In this document: positions 38,224-49,544 of the stretch, one piece after another
Position numbering within the stretch: the first letter of the stretch is position 1
Layout: every line of letters begins with the position of its first letter
Source: Squalus acanthias
Taxonomy: Eukaryota
Direction of reading: 5' to 3'
Assembly (NCBI GenBank): GCA_030390025.1
Contig: CM059437.1
Location: forward strand, 20,336,001-20,400,000
DNA length: 64,000 nt
The notes under the pieces: generated by a model
What the model was told of the DNA's origin: nothing
The model's input: the letters and a program-made list of their open reading frames with translations, nothing else
The model's database searches: none
Position numbers and translations under genes: made by a program

Positions 38224-39052
38224 TCTGGGTTAGTCCCACCACCACTGACCAGTTAGATCGGGCTTCCCCTAGACCTCCCTTTACCAATCGCTTAAAACGG
38301 TTTTATCTTCCTAGCTGATTCAATCCCTGTGCATCCTTCCAATTTCCACTAAGGATTAAGTTGGGCATCCCTAGCCAGGTTTGCTGGGGTACCTTGGACT
38401 TTACGAGGACGTGTATATCTTCCGGGTGAAGTGAGTGTACATCTATCATCTCCTCTAACTTATTCCAAAAGTCGGTGTTTGCATGGTTTGTTTTAGGGGT
38501 CGGGAGGTCTCTCGTCATCATCTGTTTCTTGGCTGGGGTGAAGGGACATATCGTACTGTAGTCTGAGCCTGCCCATTTCCCACTTGTCTAATCTCCATCG
38601 TAATAAGGGCCATGGCCATTACGCCCTTCATCTCGGTTTCGGCCAGTGGCGGGGCTGATGGTCCCTCTGCGTCATATTTAGGTGGGGGCTCCCAACCCCC
38701 GTCATCGTCCTGTCTGTCGTAATCTGCGGCTTCCTTCTCTAATTCTCCCCAGTCATTATCGTCTGTCGCTCTAAACCTTGGTCCCGGTGCCCGCACCACA
38801 CTGACCTTAACCTTTTCCTTTTCTATATAACTTTGTACATGTTTACTGAGTCCTAAGTAGCTACTAATAATTATAAGTATTCCCTTCTCTTCCTTACCCT
38901 TACACTGGGCGCCCCACCATTCCCTTTGCCTGTCCGGACTGTCGTTCGGACTGCAGCCTTGTTTTTAATTTTCTCGATTAGTTTCTTATTTTTTCTGTTA
39001 TAAATTTGGTTATGGACCCTTCCGGTCCCCAATCATCCCCTCCTGTGGCCAT
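38217..39052 (-). pseudogene. gag: gag remnant, N-terminal ~280 codons, frameshifted
   Basis: ATG at 39052 (MATGGDDWGPEG) downstream of the PBS; PPPKY and PSAPP motifs; capsid-like FWNKLEEMIDVHSLHPEDIHVLV. Confidence 0.7.
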
Positions 39053-39249
39053 TTTTTTTATTCCTCTGGCCTGCGCAAACGGTAACTCGGACCTTCCTGC
39101 TACAACGCGGTTCTGGTTACCTACGGCGGCTCGCGGTTCTACTGCGAAGAGATCACTCCAGTACCCGCTAGTCTCCTGTTCTGATTCCCTACAGTCTCAC
39201 ATCCAGCCTTCTGGGGTTCTGCACCTAACTATGGGTGGTAATATAAGGT

Positions 39250-39258
39250 ACTCACCCG
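39250..39258 (-). promoter_or_regulatory. Proviral major splice donor
   Basis: CGG|GTGAGT in the leader between the PBS and the gag ATG. Confidence 0.7.
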
Positions 39259-39302
39259 ACTTGTGGTCCCATTATGGTTGGTCATTCGACTGCGTCCTGG
39301 GA

Positions 39303-39320
39303 ATCCTGCCGACTACGCCA
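39303..39320 (-). promoter_or_regulatory. Primer-binding site, tRNA-Ser
   Basis: TGGCGTAGTCGGCAGGAT, 3 nt after the 5' LTR. Complementary to the 3' end of vertebrate tRNA-Ser(AGA/TGA), ...ATCCTGCCGACTACG-CCA. Confidence 0.92.
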
Positions 39321-39323
39321 AGT

Positions 39324-39835
39324 TGTTGTGGGATTTCTCTCTGCCCCAAAGCAGACGGAGACGAGCGTGTACTGGTTCCAAGTGATCTTTATTCAAGCAC
39401 GTGCAGGGAGAGGCCCTCTCAGTCTGAGCTGAGACGGGAGTCTAATTTTTACATTCGAGCAGTTGGCTTATATACAATCTTACATCTTGTTTCCTTCACA
39501 TCTTCGGGACTTGGTCAATTAATTGTCCAAGTCACGTACACTTAATCACATCTCCACAAAATACATCTTGTTTATCTCATTTGCCCTGTTTCCACATCTG
39601 CCATTGTTCTACTCTTTAGCTCTTATCCAAATTCGTACACTTAACCACATCTTCGCAAATCACATTGGGGGCCCATTGTTCAATGCATGGCCTCTTCGCC
39701 TTCTTTCACTCCCCCAATCATCGTGTAATGTGCTCTTTCCAGCTGTCAGCAACTGTCTTTGTTCTGCCAGACTTCTCCTCTATTACATCAGCCAGCTAGT
39801 CAGTTAAGCCGCTAATCTAACTTTAAACCCCTTCA
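39324..39835 (-). repeat. 5' LTR
   Basis: TGAAGGGG...CACAACA on the minus strand; TATATAA at 39468-39474; AATAAA at 39388-39393. Confidence 0.97.
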
Positions 39836-40489
39836 GTATTTTCACATGATATTCCTTCGTTGGCTATTTTAGTAGAAGCACCCTCACCAGCTCAAAAGAA
39901 GGCTTTTGTTGAAATGGTGTTAAACATTCATAAGTTAATATCATAGTCATTTTTATGCTTGTGTCTTGAATAAAGTTTTAGCCATTATAAAAATGGGAGA
40001 CAAATTGTAGATGTATAGCAAGACTACAGTTTAGCAATGCATTGGAAGGTAAAAGAATGTGAGTGGGAGGGTAGTAAAATATGAACTGGCAATTTGCCAC
40101 AATATTGGTGGAGCCGAGTGGTTTGGGAAACCACTGTTCACCTCTGAAAGACCTGAGTCAGGATTCATTTATTTTACATTTGAAGAGAGTAAAGAGCTAC
40201 ATGAGACATTCATTCTGACAATCTAAATCCATAATGGAAAAAGAAATGCCTTTAATTTACACCTTTTATATTTGAAGGAGGCATGATCATGATGTGTACA
40301 ATGGAAAATTTTCTTGAAACACGACAAGTCTTCTGAGGTTATGTTTCCCCCTGAGTGGGTGGTCACACGTAAAATATTAATAGATTTATTATAGTCAGTA
40401 GATCCAATTGACAGAAACAGCAAGCATTAATGTGAGGTAAAACCTACTCTTGGAATGATTTCAATAGTTAAAGCACAATATGGCTTTAT

Positions 40490-42400
40490 AGCCCAGATTT
40501 CGTGGGGCCTTACTGACACCTGGCACAGCTGGTAAAATCAGGCACCCAACCTTGTGCAATCAATGCGTGGGCGCTCGATTTTATGATGGGTAATTTGGAT
40601 AAATACTGCGATGGCACGACAACCTCATGACAGTATTTAAACAACCTGTTAAATCTTTTGAGCAAGACTGTGCCCATAGCGCAAGCCTCAATCATAAACA
40701 GTTTGCCATGCAATGAGCTGCAGGATGTGGCCTGCTGAAGTAGGCTTCTTAAAGGTGGATGGTAATTTTTTTTTACATCTTCAAATATACTTTCCAGCAT
40801 TCAACTTCATGCCTTAATTGGTTTTGCTGGATAGTCTTTCATTTTTGTTTGATTCTCTTTCAGTATTTTCCTTCATTATTTTTGGTGGCTGCTGGCATAT
40901 AATTCACACCCTACAAAGAGGTGAGGAGAGATATTCCTTTGGGGGGGTTCTGAACAGGCTGCATAATTGAGATGAGAAGTGAAGTTTGTGAGGGGCCAAC
41001 AAATGCATGTGTAATGACACTTTAGGTATTTTGCCACACCTGCCACTACCTCAGGATCTGTGTGTATGGACTTCTCTACATGTACCTGGGCATGTCAGCA
41101 GTGACCTGACTTCATTACCATTGCTTCACAAGACTGGCTGCCGCATCTGCTAAACAGTGACCTGTGACAACATCTGCACCAGGAGTGGCTCTTCCCATTG
41201 AAGTGAGGGTTACCCCAGCATGAAGCTTTCATACTACCAGACTCTTCCAAGTGACTTCAGGAGACAACTGCCATATCAGACAGTCTGCAGTGCACATATG
41301 TATCAGAGAAGTGACATATGCTGTCTTTTTAAGGAGCAACACTGTCATCACTTTACCCATGAAAAGGAGGCATCATCTGGACAAGATGCAGAGCTTTGAC
41401 TGAGTGGCAGGGTTCCCCCGAATATAAAATACCACACGTGGTGCCCTTGTGGGCATCAGGGCTTTTTGTATCAACCCTGTGGCCTTCATGAAAGGGTTTG
41501 AACTCAATTACTGTTCAGGTGATAGCTGACCAAAGAAAACATCAGTGTGTGTGTGTCAGTGGCTGTCATTTAGGAAGCAGCCATGACGCCTTGATTGTGT
41601 GCAGTCCCTGGTGTCTGCATTACTTGAAGGAGAAGAAACACTTAAGAGAACAGGACTATCTTCTGCATCCAAGGCTGCTGATCCCACTGACGAAGCCCTT
41701 AAAAACCAAAGGAAGACTTTGGCAATGATGCCACAGCACCTGTTCCTCAACTGCCATCTCCATCTTCAAGAAAAGTGTGACCTGGAGCATTGGCACAATT
41801 AAAAAGCAGGTGCAAAAAGGCAATGTCTGTGTACAGTGCTACTTCCCAGAGGGTGTGGTAGTTCCCAACTTAGCTCTGTGCTAAGGTTGATGGGCCCCAT
41901 AAGAAATGTGTGCATCAAACTATTTCCTCCTTTGCAGCCAAGGACCAGAGTGACTGTATTGGCTCAGTTGACAGCCTCTCTCCATGCATTTGCACGTGTA
42001 TGTTATTCCCAAATGGAGCCACCCCACTCTCCCTTGGTTCACCTCCTGCAGCAGGATCTCAACTCTTCCACACCAAACAGAACAATGTTGCCCAATTTTT
42101 TCTGCTGTGCCATTATAAACAATTTTTCCAGTGTTTTGACCAACACAATAACTTCCCCTTTAATGGTGAGCTGCATCCCTTTTTAGGAGCTGCTGCTTCA
42201 TTGGATTTAAGACTCCCCAACCATGCCATAGGCCAAGTTCTCTGAACAAGCTTTTCATGTGCCAGTAACCTATTAAAATGAAGGGGTGGGAGCTTCCTTT
42301 GCAGAATTTGGCATGGCTGGCACCCTGAGTTGATGGTGTGGGCATCTCCACGCCACAGCCCAACTCAGACCCAGTTGTGCTAAAATTGCAAAATCAGACC
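40490..42400 (+). mobile_element. Degraded Harbinger transposon with HARBI1-type DDE transposase remnant
   Basis: ALPIEVRVT (41188), GDNCHIRQSAVHICIREVT (41260), VAGFPRI (41404), KGLNSITVQVIAD (41492), GSSHD and DYLLHPRLLIP occur in the expected order. Ends approximate. Confidence 0.8.
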
Positions 42401-42808
42401 TTATTATACATTGTCAAGTTTTCAAGAAAATACACAAAACATTCATTTTCTGTCGGCTTCCCCTGTATTTAATCATCAATAAGTCCGCTCTTTCTTCCAC
42501 AGTAATTGTGAACTTATTTTCAATTTTATATTTGTATCATTCAGGCAGGTTTACACTTTGGTCCTATCCAATGTATTGCCTCTCTCCCCTAGAGGTCACA
42601 ATGAATTGTCCTATGCATTACATGAGATGCATTTTATGATTTATCACGGCCACCCCCCTTACCCGCCCAGTGCAGAACTTAACACAGTAGGAGTCATATT
42701 TGGTATTCAAGTGCACAGATCAGCACACCCGACGATGTTATAATGAAGACCCATCAACTAAAATCCATAAATGGTGAGGGCACATACCCCGCTTGCCTTT
42801 GCCTAGGC

Positions 42809-43003
42809 CAGCGGTTCCCAACCTCTTCCTTTATGCGGACCACTACATCGTCATCAAAAGCTTTTGCGGACCACTAGCCATTTAAAACATTTTTAACATC
42901 ACCTATGGCTGCCTATTACATTATCATCATTTTTTTTCACGGACCACCTGCAGTACCCTCGTGGACCACTGGTGGTCTGCGGATCACAGGTTGGGAACCG
43001 CTG
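42809..43003. mobile_element. hAT (Charlie-type) MITE, 195 bp
   Basis: Perfect 16-bp TIR CAGCGGTTCCCAACCT; 8-bp TSD GCCTAGGC (42801-42808, 43004-43011). Confidence 0.93.
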
Positions 43004-43168
43004 GCCTAGGCCATATTGAAACTCCTGGATCCTTGCGGGGCTTGCATGTTGCAGTTTTTTTTTCACACTGCCCTTTCACATCTGGAACCAGGGTTTGACC
43101 CAGGGGTGAAAATATAGTAAATGCGATAAGCTTGGGCCGTCTTAACTACATGCCTAGTGGGTGTTCGC

Positions 43169-43415
43169 CAACAACAACAACAGTTTGTATTTATATAGCG
43201 CCTTTCATGTAGTAAAATGTCCCAAGGTGCTTTACAGGAGCATAATCAAACAAAAGTTGCCACCGAGCCACAAAAGGAGATATTAGGATAGATGACCTAA
43301 AGCTTGGTCAAAGAGGTAGGTTTTAAGGAGCGTCTTAAAGGAGGAAAGAGAGGTAGAGAGGTGGAGAGGTTTAGGGAGGGATTTCCAGAGCTAAGGGCCT
43401 TGGCAGCTGAAGGTG
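43169..43415 (-). mobile_element. L2-like LINE 3' end
   Basis: (AAC)n tail and TATTTATATAGCGCCTTT; matches 49545-49800. Confidence 0.8.
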
Positions 43416-43725
43416 TGAAAGGCAGGTGTTCCTTTATTTTATGTCATCTTTACGAGGTTTAAATTAGAACAATTTATCCAGGGTGAACCATTGTTTTTGT
43501 TCCCAAAGGTCAGCCTGTCGGAGCCCTTCACCTTCTGTTTCAATAAGGTTATTTATTCAGGGTCAACAACTGTCTTATCTCAATAGCCAGAATTCTTTCA
43601 TAGCTATTTCATAGTTAGGTTTCTAAATTTCCAAACCCAGTTTGTCATGTTTTAATAAGGCCAGAATTCTTTCATAAGATAGTGTATTTTTCTGAATAGG
43701 TTATATGGCTTATTCCTTCACACAT

Positions 43726-44407
43726 CAACATCCTGGGAGTCAGCATTGACCAGAAACTTAACTGGACCAACCACATAAATATTGTGGCTACAAGAGCTGG
43801 TTAGAGGCTGGGTATTCTGTGGCGAGTGCCTCACCTCCTGACTCCCCAGAGTCTATCCACCTTCTACAAGGCACAAGTCAGGAGTGTGATGGAATACTCT
43901 CCACTTGCCTGGATGAGTGCAGCTCCAACAACACGCAAGAAGCTCAACATCATCCAGGAAAAAGCAGCCCGCTTGATTGGCACCCCATCCATCACCTTAA
44001 ACATTCACTCCCTCCACCACCGGCGCCCTGTGGCTGCAGTGTGTACCATCTACAAGATGCACTGCAGCTACTCGCCAAGGCTTCTTCGACAACACCTCCC
44101 AAACCCGCGACCTTTACCACCTAGAAGGACAAGGGCAGCAGGCGCATGGCAACACCACCACCTGCAAGTTCCCATCCAAGTTACACACCATCCTGACTTG
44201 GAAGTATATCGCCGTTCCTTCATCGTCGCTGGGTCAAAATCCTGGAACTCCCTCCCTAACAGCACTGTGGGAGTACCTGCACCTCACGGACTGCAGCAGT
44301 TCAAGAAGGCGGCTCACCACCACCTTCTCGAGGGCAACTAGGGATGGACAATAAATGCTGGCCTTGTCAGCAACACCCACATCATAGGAACGAATAATTA
44401 AAAAAAA
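43726..44407 (+). mobile_element. 3' fragment of the same LINE family as 22538-24561
   Basis: Highly similar to ~23880-24561; poly(A) end; possible TSD ACACAT. Confidence 0.9.
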
Positions 44408-44451
44408 ACACATGCATATCTTTGCATATGCCATGCAATTAAAAAAGCATT

Positions 44452-45401
44452 GACCCTGATATTAACGGGGAGCTGGGCGGGAGGGTGAGGGGGAGCGCTT
44501 AATCGGCCGAGGCACCTGGCAAGTCTGGGGTCGTGGAGGCCCTGCTGATCTTAACGGCAGGGCCTCATTAGAATATACTTAGGTCATCTCCTGCCCGGTA
44601 GCTGGTCAAATGGACAGCCTGGCCAGTGGGCGGGAGGAGACACTAGCAGTAGGAAGCCTCAGCAGGGGAACCATAAGAACATAAGACACAGGAGCAGGAG
44701 TAGGCCAATCGGCCCCTCGAGCCTGCTCCGCCATTCAATAAATCATGGCTGATCTGATCTTGGCCTCAACACCACTTTCCCGCTCTCTCCCCATACCCCT
44801 TGACTCCCTTGTAATTCAAGGGGTATGGGGAGGGACGGACACTCGGAAGGGAGCATCAGCTCCAGGCTCGGATGGGGAGGAGTGGGGAGGCTGGCGATCA
44901 GGGTCAGGGACTGGTTGGGGGGGGTGGAGAGCAGAAGGCTCCAGGTAATGATCATGGGGCGGTGGGGGGGGGGGTTGTCTGCGATCGGGGGAGGGGAGTA
45001 GCCCGGTACAACGGAGGCCCAAGGCTTCCTTGTGAAGCCGGAGGCTCCAAGCCCACAATAAAATCTGAAAAATAAATTTTAACCTTCCTTGCTCGGCCTC
45101 TTCTGGACCAGGAACCAGCTCCTGGCAGGTTTTACCTGACGGGGGAGCCGGCGCTGCCCCACCGCTCAGGCCTCTGGTTGATATTGCAGATTGGGCCCTG
45201 AAGACATCATCAGACCCGATCCTCATATTTAAATCAGGACCCCGCTTCATTTCTGCGGTGTCCTGCTCACCTGCTCAAAGAGCAGGTCAATATGGGGACA
45301 CGCCGGGATGGAAGCGGGATCAGTGGGGGGAACTGACAGCCGCTTTATTAACTGTCCCCCTGCTCGGTTGTCGGCAGGTGGGGACAGTTAAAATCGGGCT
45401 C
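44452..45401. mobile_element. Harbinger-like MITE with a CR1 3' tip inserted at ~44672-44820 (-)
   Basis: Imperfect TIRs GACCCTGATATTAAC / GTTAAAATCGGGCTC; TSD ATT (44449-44451, 45402-45404). Confidence 0.72.
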
Positions 45402-45765
45402 ATTGGTTTTACAAAAGATTTAAAACTTTTTTTTTTAAAAAGGGAAAATGTATGTATTTTAGTTTGCCAACTGAATTTAGCTGGAATGAAAATCTTTTCC
45501 GTTGTACTTCTGACAAAGCCAACGAAGCCTTCCACTGAACATGGACCCATCACAAAGCTGTGAGGTTAAATGTATTCAGCTCACCAATTACTGGATGCTT
45601 CTGGTTCTGCTTCAGTGTTTCACTTTGAATTTTGCCTGGGATAAGTTGAGGACAATATCTATTCATTCCTTTGCTTTAACTGTCCTTGCCCACAGATGGT
45701 AGAGTTCGACATCTGAAATTGTCATTCAGTTGCAGTGGTTCTTAAAGAAGTGAATGAAACACCCT

Positions 45766-46427
45766 GGCCTCGAATTTTACTGGGGGAACGCGTTCAGGAC
45801 GGGCAGGGGTGCGTGCGGGACAGAACCCCCCCCAACAGGGATCTCAGCGTGAGGCCCAAGCCATTTTAACTCCCGGGCCTCATTTAAATATTGATGTTAG
45901 CGGCGGCGGGCGGGAGCCAAAAATCAAGTCGGGAGCCTTCGGATGCTGGGGACCCAAGAGAATGGTCCTTGGCATCAAGTTAGTGCTGGGCAAAGTCTTT
46001 GGAAGCTGATGCCAGCGCGGAGAGGGAAATGCAAGGCCAGGCTAGGGAGGCCCAAGGACGCCTTGGGGCCTTGGGGGCACACTCTCCTCCTTGCCCACAA
46101 GAAGTTCACGGCAAAGTTATTTTTAAAACTTACCGTGGCCTTTTCTGGCCTCCCGTCCGGTTTCTCTGGTGGGGTTGACACCGGGCGGGCCTCCCCCTGA
46201 CTTGTCATTAAAATCATGTTGCGGCACTGATGACGTGATCGTGCCATGACTTTTTAAAATTTAAGTTAGCCCCTCTCTTGTCTGCAACTTGGCCGACTTC
46301 AAAGTTGGAGAAGATATGATGTCGCCAGGTGGGAACGGTGCGGCCTCAGGCTGGTAAGTGGACTCGGCCAAATCTTAACCTCACCCACGCACCATTCTCG
46401 CTGGGCAAAGGGGTTAAAATTGAGGCC
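45766..46427. mobile_element. Harbinger-like MITE
   Basis: TIRs GGCCTCGAATTTT / AAAATTGAGGCC; TSD not preserved. Confidence 0.68.
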
Positions 46428-48709
46428 ATTGTTACTGTTATGGGCAAACTATGAATCACACAAACAGTCCAGTGGAATAATACATTAATGCATCAATGCA
46501 TTGCACTGCGAAAGGATCAAACTTGAGTTGATGCTCATGAATCCTGACCTTGCAAGCTCCAATTAAATCTTGGCCAGGAAGTCAAGGGGAAGCAGTAATC
46601 TAGGTACTTTGCCAGAAGGGGACAGATGGGATATTGAATTCTATCGCACACCTTTTAGCAGCCAGGTCCAGAGAGGCATTGGCTCAGCTTTGTGATCTGT
46701 TGCCTTCACAGTCCATCGGCCCGGAAACCTGTTGGGATGAGAGGAAAAACCCAAAATATGGAGTGAATCGATCCATTAATCAAATTGACTTAAAAAAAAA
46801 TAAACTGCAGTGGGGTGGAAAGCCACAATTATTTCAGATATTCAAACTAAGCTAAGGCGGCACATATAATGCAACTACCTAAGAATTTACAGAGGAATTT
46901 TGCGAATGGGGGTCGGAGCTGTTGAAAACATGTGGATCCTGACTACTACATTTTCCTGCTTTTTACTTGCACACGGTGCATAAAATTAGCAGAGTGGAGG
47001 CCAGTGGGGAATCTGCTTACTGTAGCATTGCTGTCAGAATTCCCACACAATGCTCAATATTCAGCAACGAATGATACCCACAATTAACTGAATTGAGTGG
47101 GATTAGTACTGTGGCTGTACTTGGTTATTGTGCTCTGTTTATTTTTGTAACCTCTTGGCGACCGGTTTTGATTATGCAAAAATTTTATTACAGCATAAAT
47201 ATGCAAGTTACTGTGAGAAAATATGTTATTGTGATACTTTTTTTTAATGTGTTTTCTGTGCGAGAGCATAGAGAAAGCAATGCAGTTTGGTAACTTCACT
47301 GCACACAAATCAATTTGTTTAATCCTAAAATATGTGTATGTACATAATATATATTAATATGTGTTCCTGTAAATTGGACAAGAATGTTTTAACAAGTTTT
47401 TTTTTCAAGCCCAAATGGTAGAATTGTTTGATTCCATGTCCCGAACAAAGACCTGCCCTTTAATCAACTATAGACTACTGTACTTAGTAATAGATTTTTA
47501 GTAAGGACTTTGCTATGTGTGAAGCTCGTTCCCTCCCGGTTGAACACTCTGCATTGGCAGCTGCTTTCAGCTCAATAGTTAACCTGAACAGGTTTCATAC
47601 ACCTTTCCACTGGAATTATAGCCCATTCGTCCTGAGGCAGTGCTCCCGATTTCTGTTTATTCCTTCAGGTGACTGGTGGGTTAGAGGGCAGACACAGTCC
47701 CATTCACTTTAACAATGATGTGCCATAATCGTGTTTCCAACCACTTGATTACAATTTTTCTCTGCGGTGTGGCCTGCTATCATCTTCAGACATCATATCA
47801 CCATCACAACAGGGTGGAAAAGAGTTTGGCGTGTCACTTTATTTTGAAGATCCATGACTTGTTGTAACAATACCTGCTTTTATATAACACCTTATAATTT
47901 GAAACAACTCAAAGCAATTCACACAATGAATTACTGTTCGAAGTGTGGTGACTCTTGCATAGGGAAGCACAGTAGCAATTCTGCTAGGCATTGTACTCAA
48001 CATTGCTTTTATTATATGCAGATATGTAGCCATCGGATTTCCCGGGAATCAACAGCAAAATTAATCATTCATAAACTTGCAGTAATGATGTCCAGGTGTT
48101 AATTTTTCAGTTTTTACGTTATCACATATTAACAGAGTACCCTGAGTTTCGGTGTCTCCAATGTTAAGACAAGAACAGACCAAATATGGAATAAAATCAT
48201 CGATAAACTTTTCAGTGTGTATTAGAAAGAAATCTCTGTACCCTGGAGTGACCACTGGATAACTAACAGTCAATCACAGATAGTAATCTAATCAAGGCGC
48301 TGTAATGGAATCTGAAAACATGTTGATGAACCACAAGCAGTTCATCATCAAACTCTTGAGATTTGATGATTATCAGTAATCCTCCCGTAATGTTATATGT
48401 GGTTAAAATGGCTTTTTTTTAATGCATCAGATAGGGCAATGATAAAGGACCTTTCAGTACATGGGATGATTTATAGGACCTCACAGGATATCAGGTTGTA
48501 GATGCTGAATGGAATAAAAAATCACCTTCCTTTCCATAAAGCAGTAATCCCATCCTGGGGTTCAGATAAGGATTATGCATCACTCAAGCTTTGCTTTTGT
48601 GGTTTTTGACATCTGAACCTTAAATTAGAATGTGGTTTTGTAATCCATTATTCTTTGAAGATCAATATATATGTACAAGGCTGAAAGTGATTTACAGCAA
48701 CGTAGAGCA

Positions 48710-49150
48710 AAGCTTGTATTTATACAGTGCCTTATATCATGCCCCTTACAAACGTCTCAGGGCACTTCAAATACAATGAATGACTTTGAAGTTCAGTGAC
48801 TTGCTATGCTTGCAAATGCAGCAGGCACTATGCCTCTAGTAATATCTTGCAGACTTCAATGAGATTACAAAACAGTTAATTTGTTTTTGGTGCTGTTGGT
48901 CGAGGGAAGAGTATTGGCCAGGATACTGGAAGGTCTCCTGGTTCTCCACATACTGCCATACAATCTTTTAACAACCAGGAACCAGGCAGACATTTCATCC
49001 GAAACACAGCACCTCCAACAATGCAGCACTCCCTCAGTATGTCACTGAAGTGTCAGCCTAGCTTGAGTTCAAGCCCTGACGAGGAGCTTCAACCTGCGCA
49101 AGCTTCTAACTCAGAGGCAAGGGTGCTACCAATCGAGCCAAACTGACATT
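48710..49150 (-). mobile_element. Degraded Deu-domain SINE
   Basis: TTGGCCAGGA, TGCAGCACTCCCTCAGT and CTCAGAGGCAAGGGTGCTACC blocks are collinear with 18731-19158. Confidence 0.72.
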
Positions 49151-49544
49151 CAAATCTGATGATGTTAAAAGGGTTAGAATTTGTACGTTGGTTTTGAGTT
49201 GTATCGAAGCATGCATAAAATACACACTCGCTGTGAATATTCACAGGTATTTACTTGGAGTTCTGTGACACTAATGTGACAACACAACTCTCCATCTGCG
49301 AGGAGTCTGACCCCACCACTAGCCCTCGGTACACTCTGCTGATGTTGTCAGACCATTTTAGATTCTTCTCGTTTTAAAATTACACTGCCTGGGAACCAAT
49401 TAAAAATCATATTCTAATCTTCGGTTCAGGTAATGCAGGTTTTGCTGTGTTAGCTACATTGCTTAATTCAGATTATTGGATAATTCTGTTTTTTAGTGTA
49501 AAAATGACTGATGTATCAGAGTAAGTTGTATACATGAGCAAGCT

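Larger units (their letters stand above)
34567..39835 (-). mobile_element. Endogenous retrovirus-like provirus, 5269 bp, PR/RT deleted; lokiretrovirus-like candidate
   Basis: Two 512-bp LTRs (TG...CA), 4-bp TSD GTAT (34563-34566, 39836-39839), PBS, PPT, and gene order gag, RNase H tail, integrase, env. Confidence 0.95.

Noticed and set aside
39301-39320. 20-nt match to the tRNA-Ser 3' end including CCA
   Set aside because: Not a tRNA gene: only the 3' end is present and it sits next to the LTR, so it is the PBS.
39006-39807. Plus-strand ORFs of 179 aa and 94 aa (the latter duplicated at 34766-35050)
   Set aside because: Antisense to the LTR and leader, non-ATG starts, no recognisable motifs; the duplication only reflects the two LTRs.
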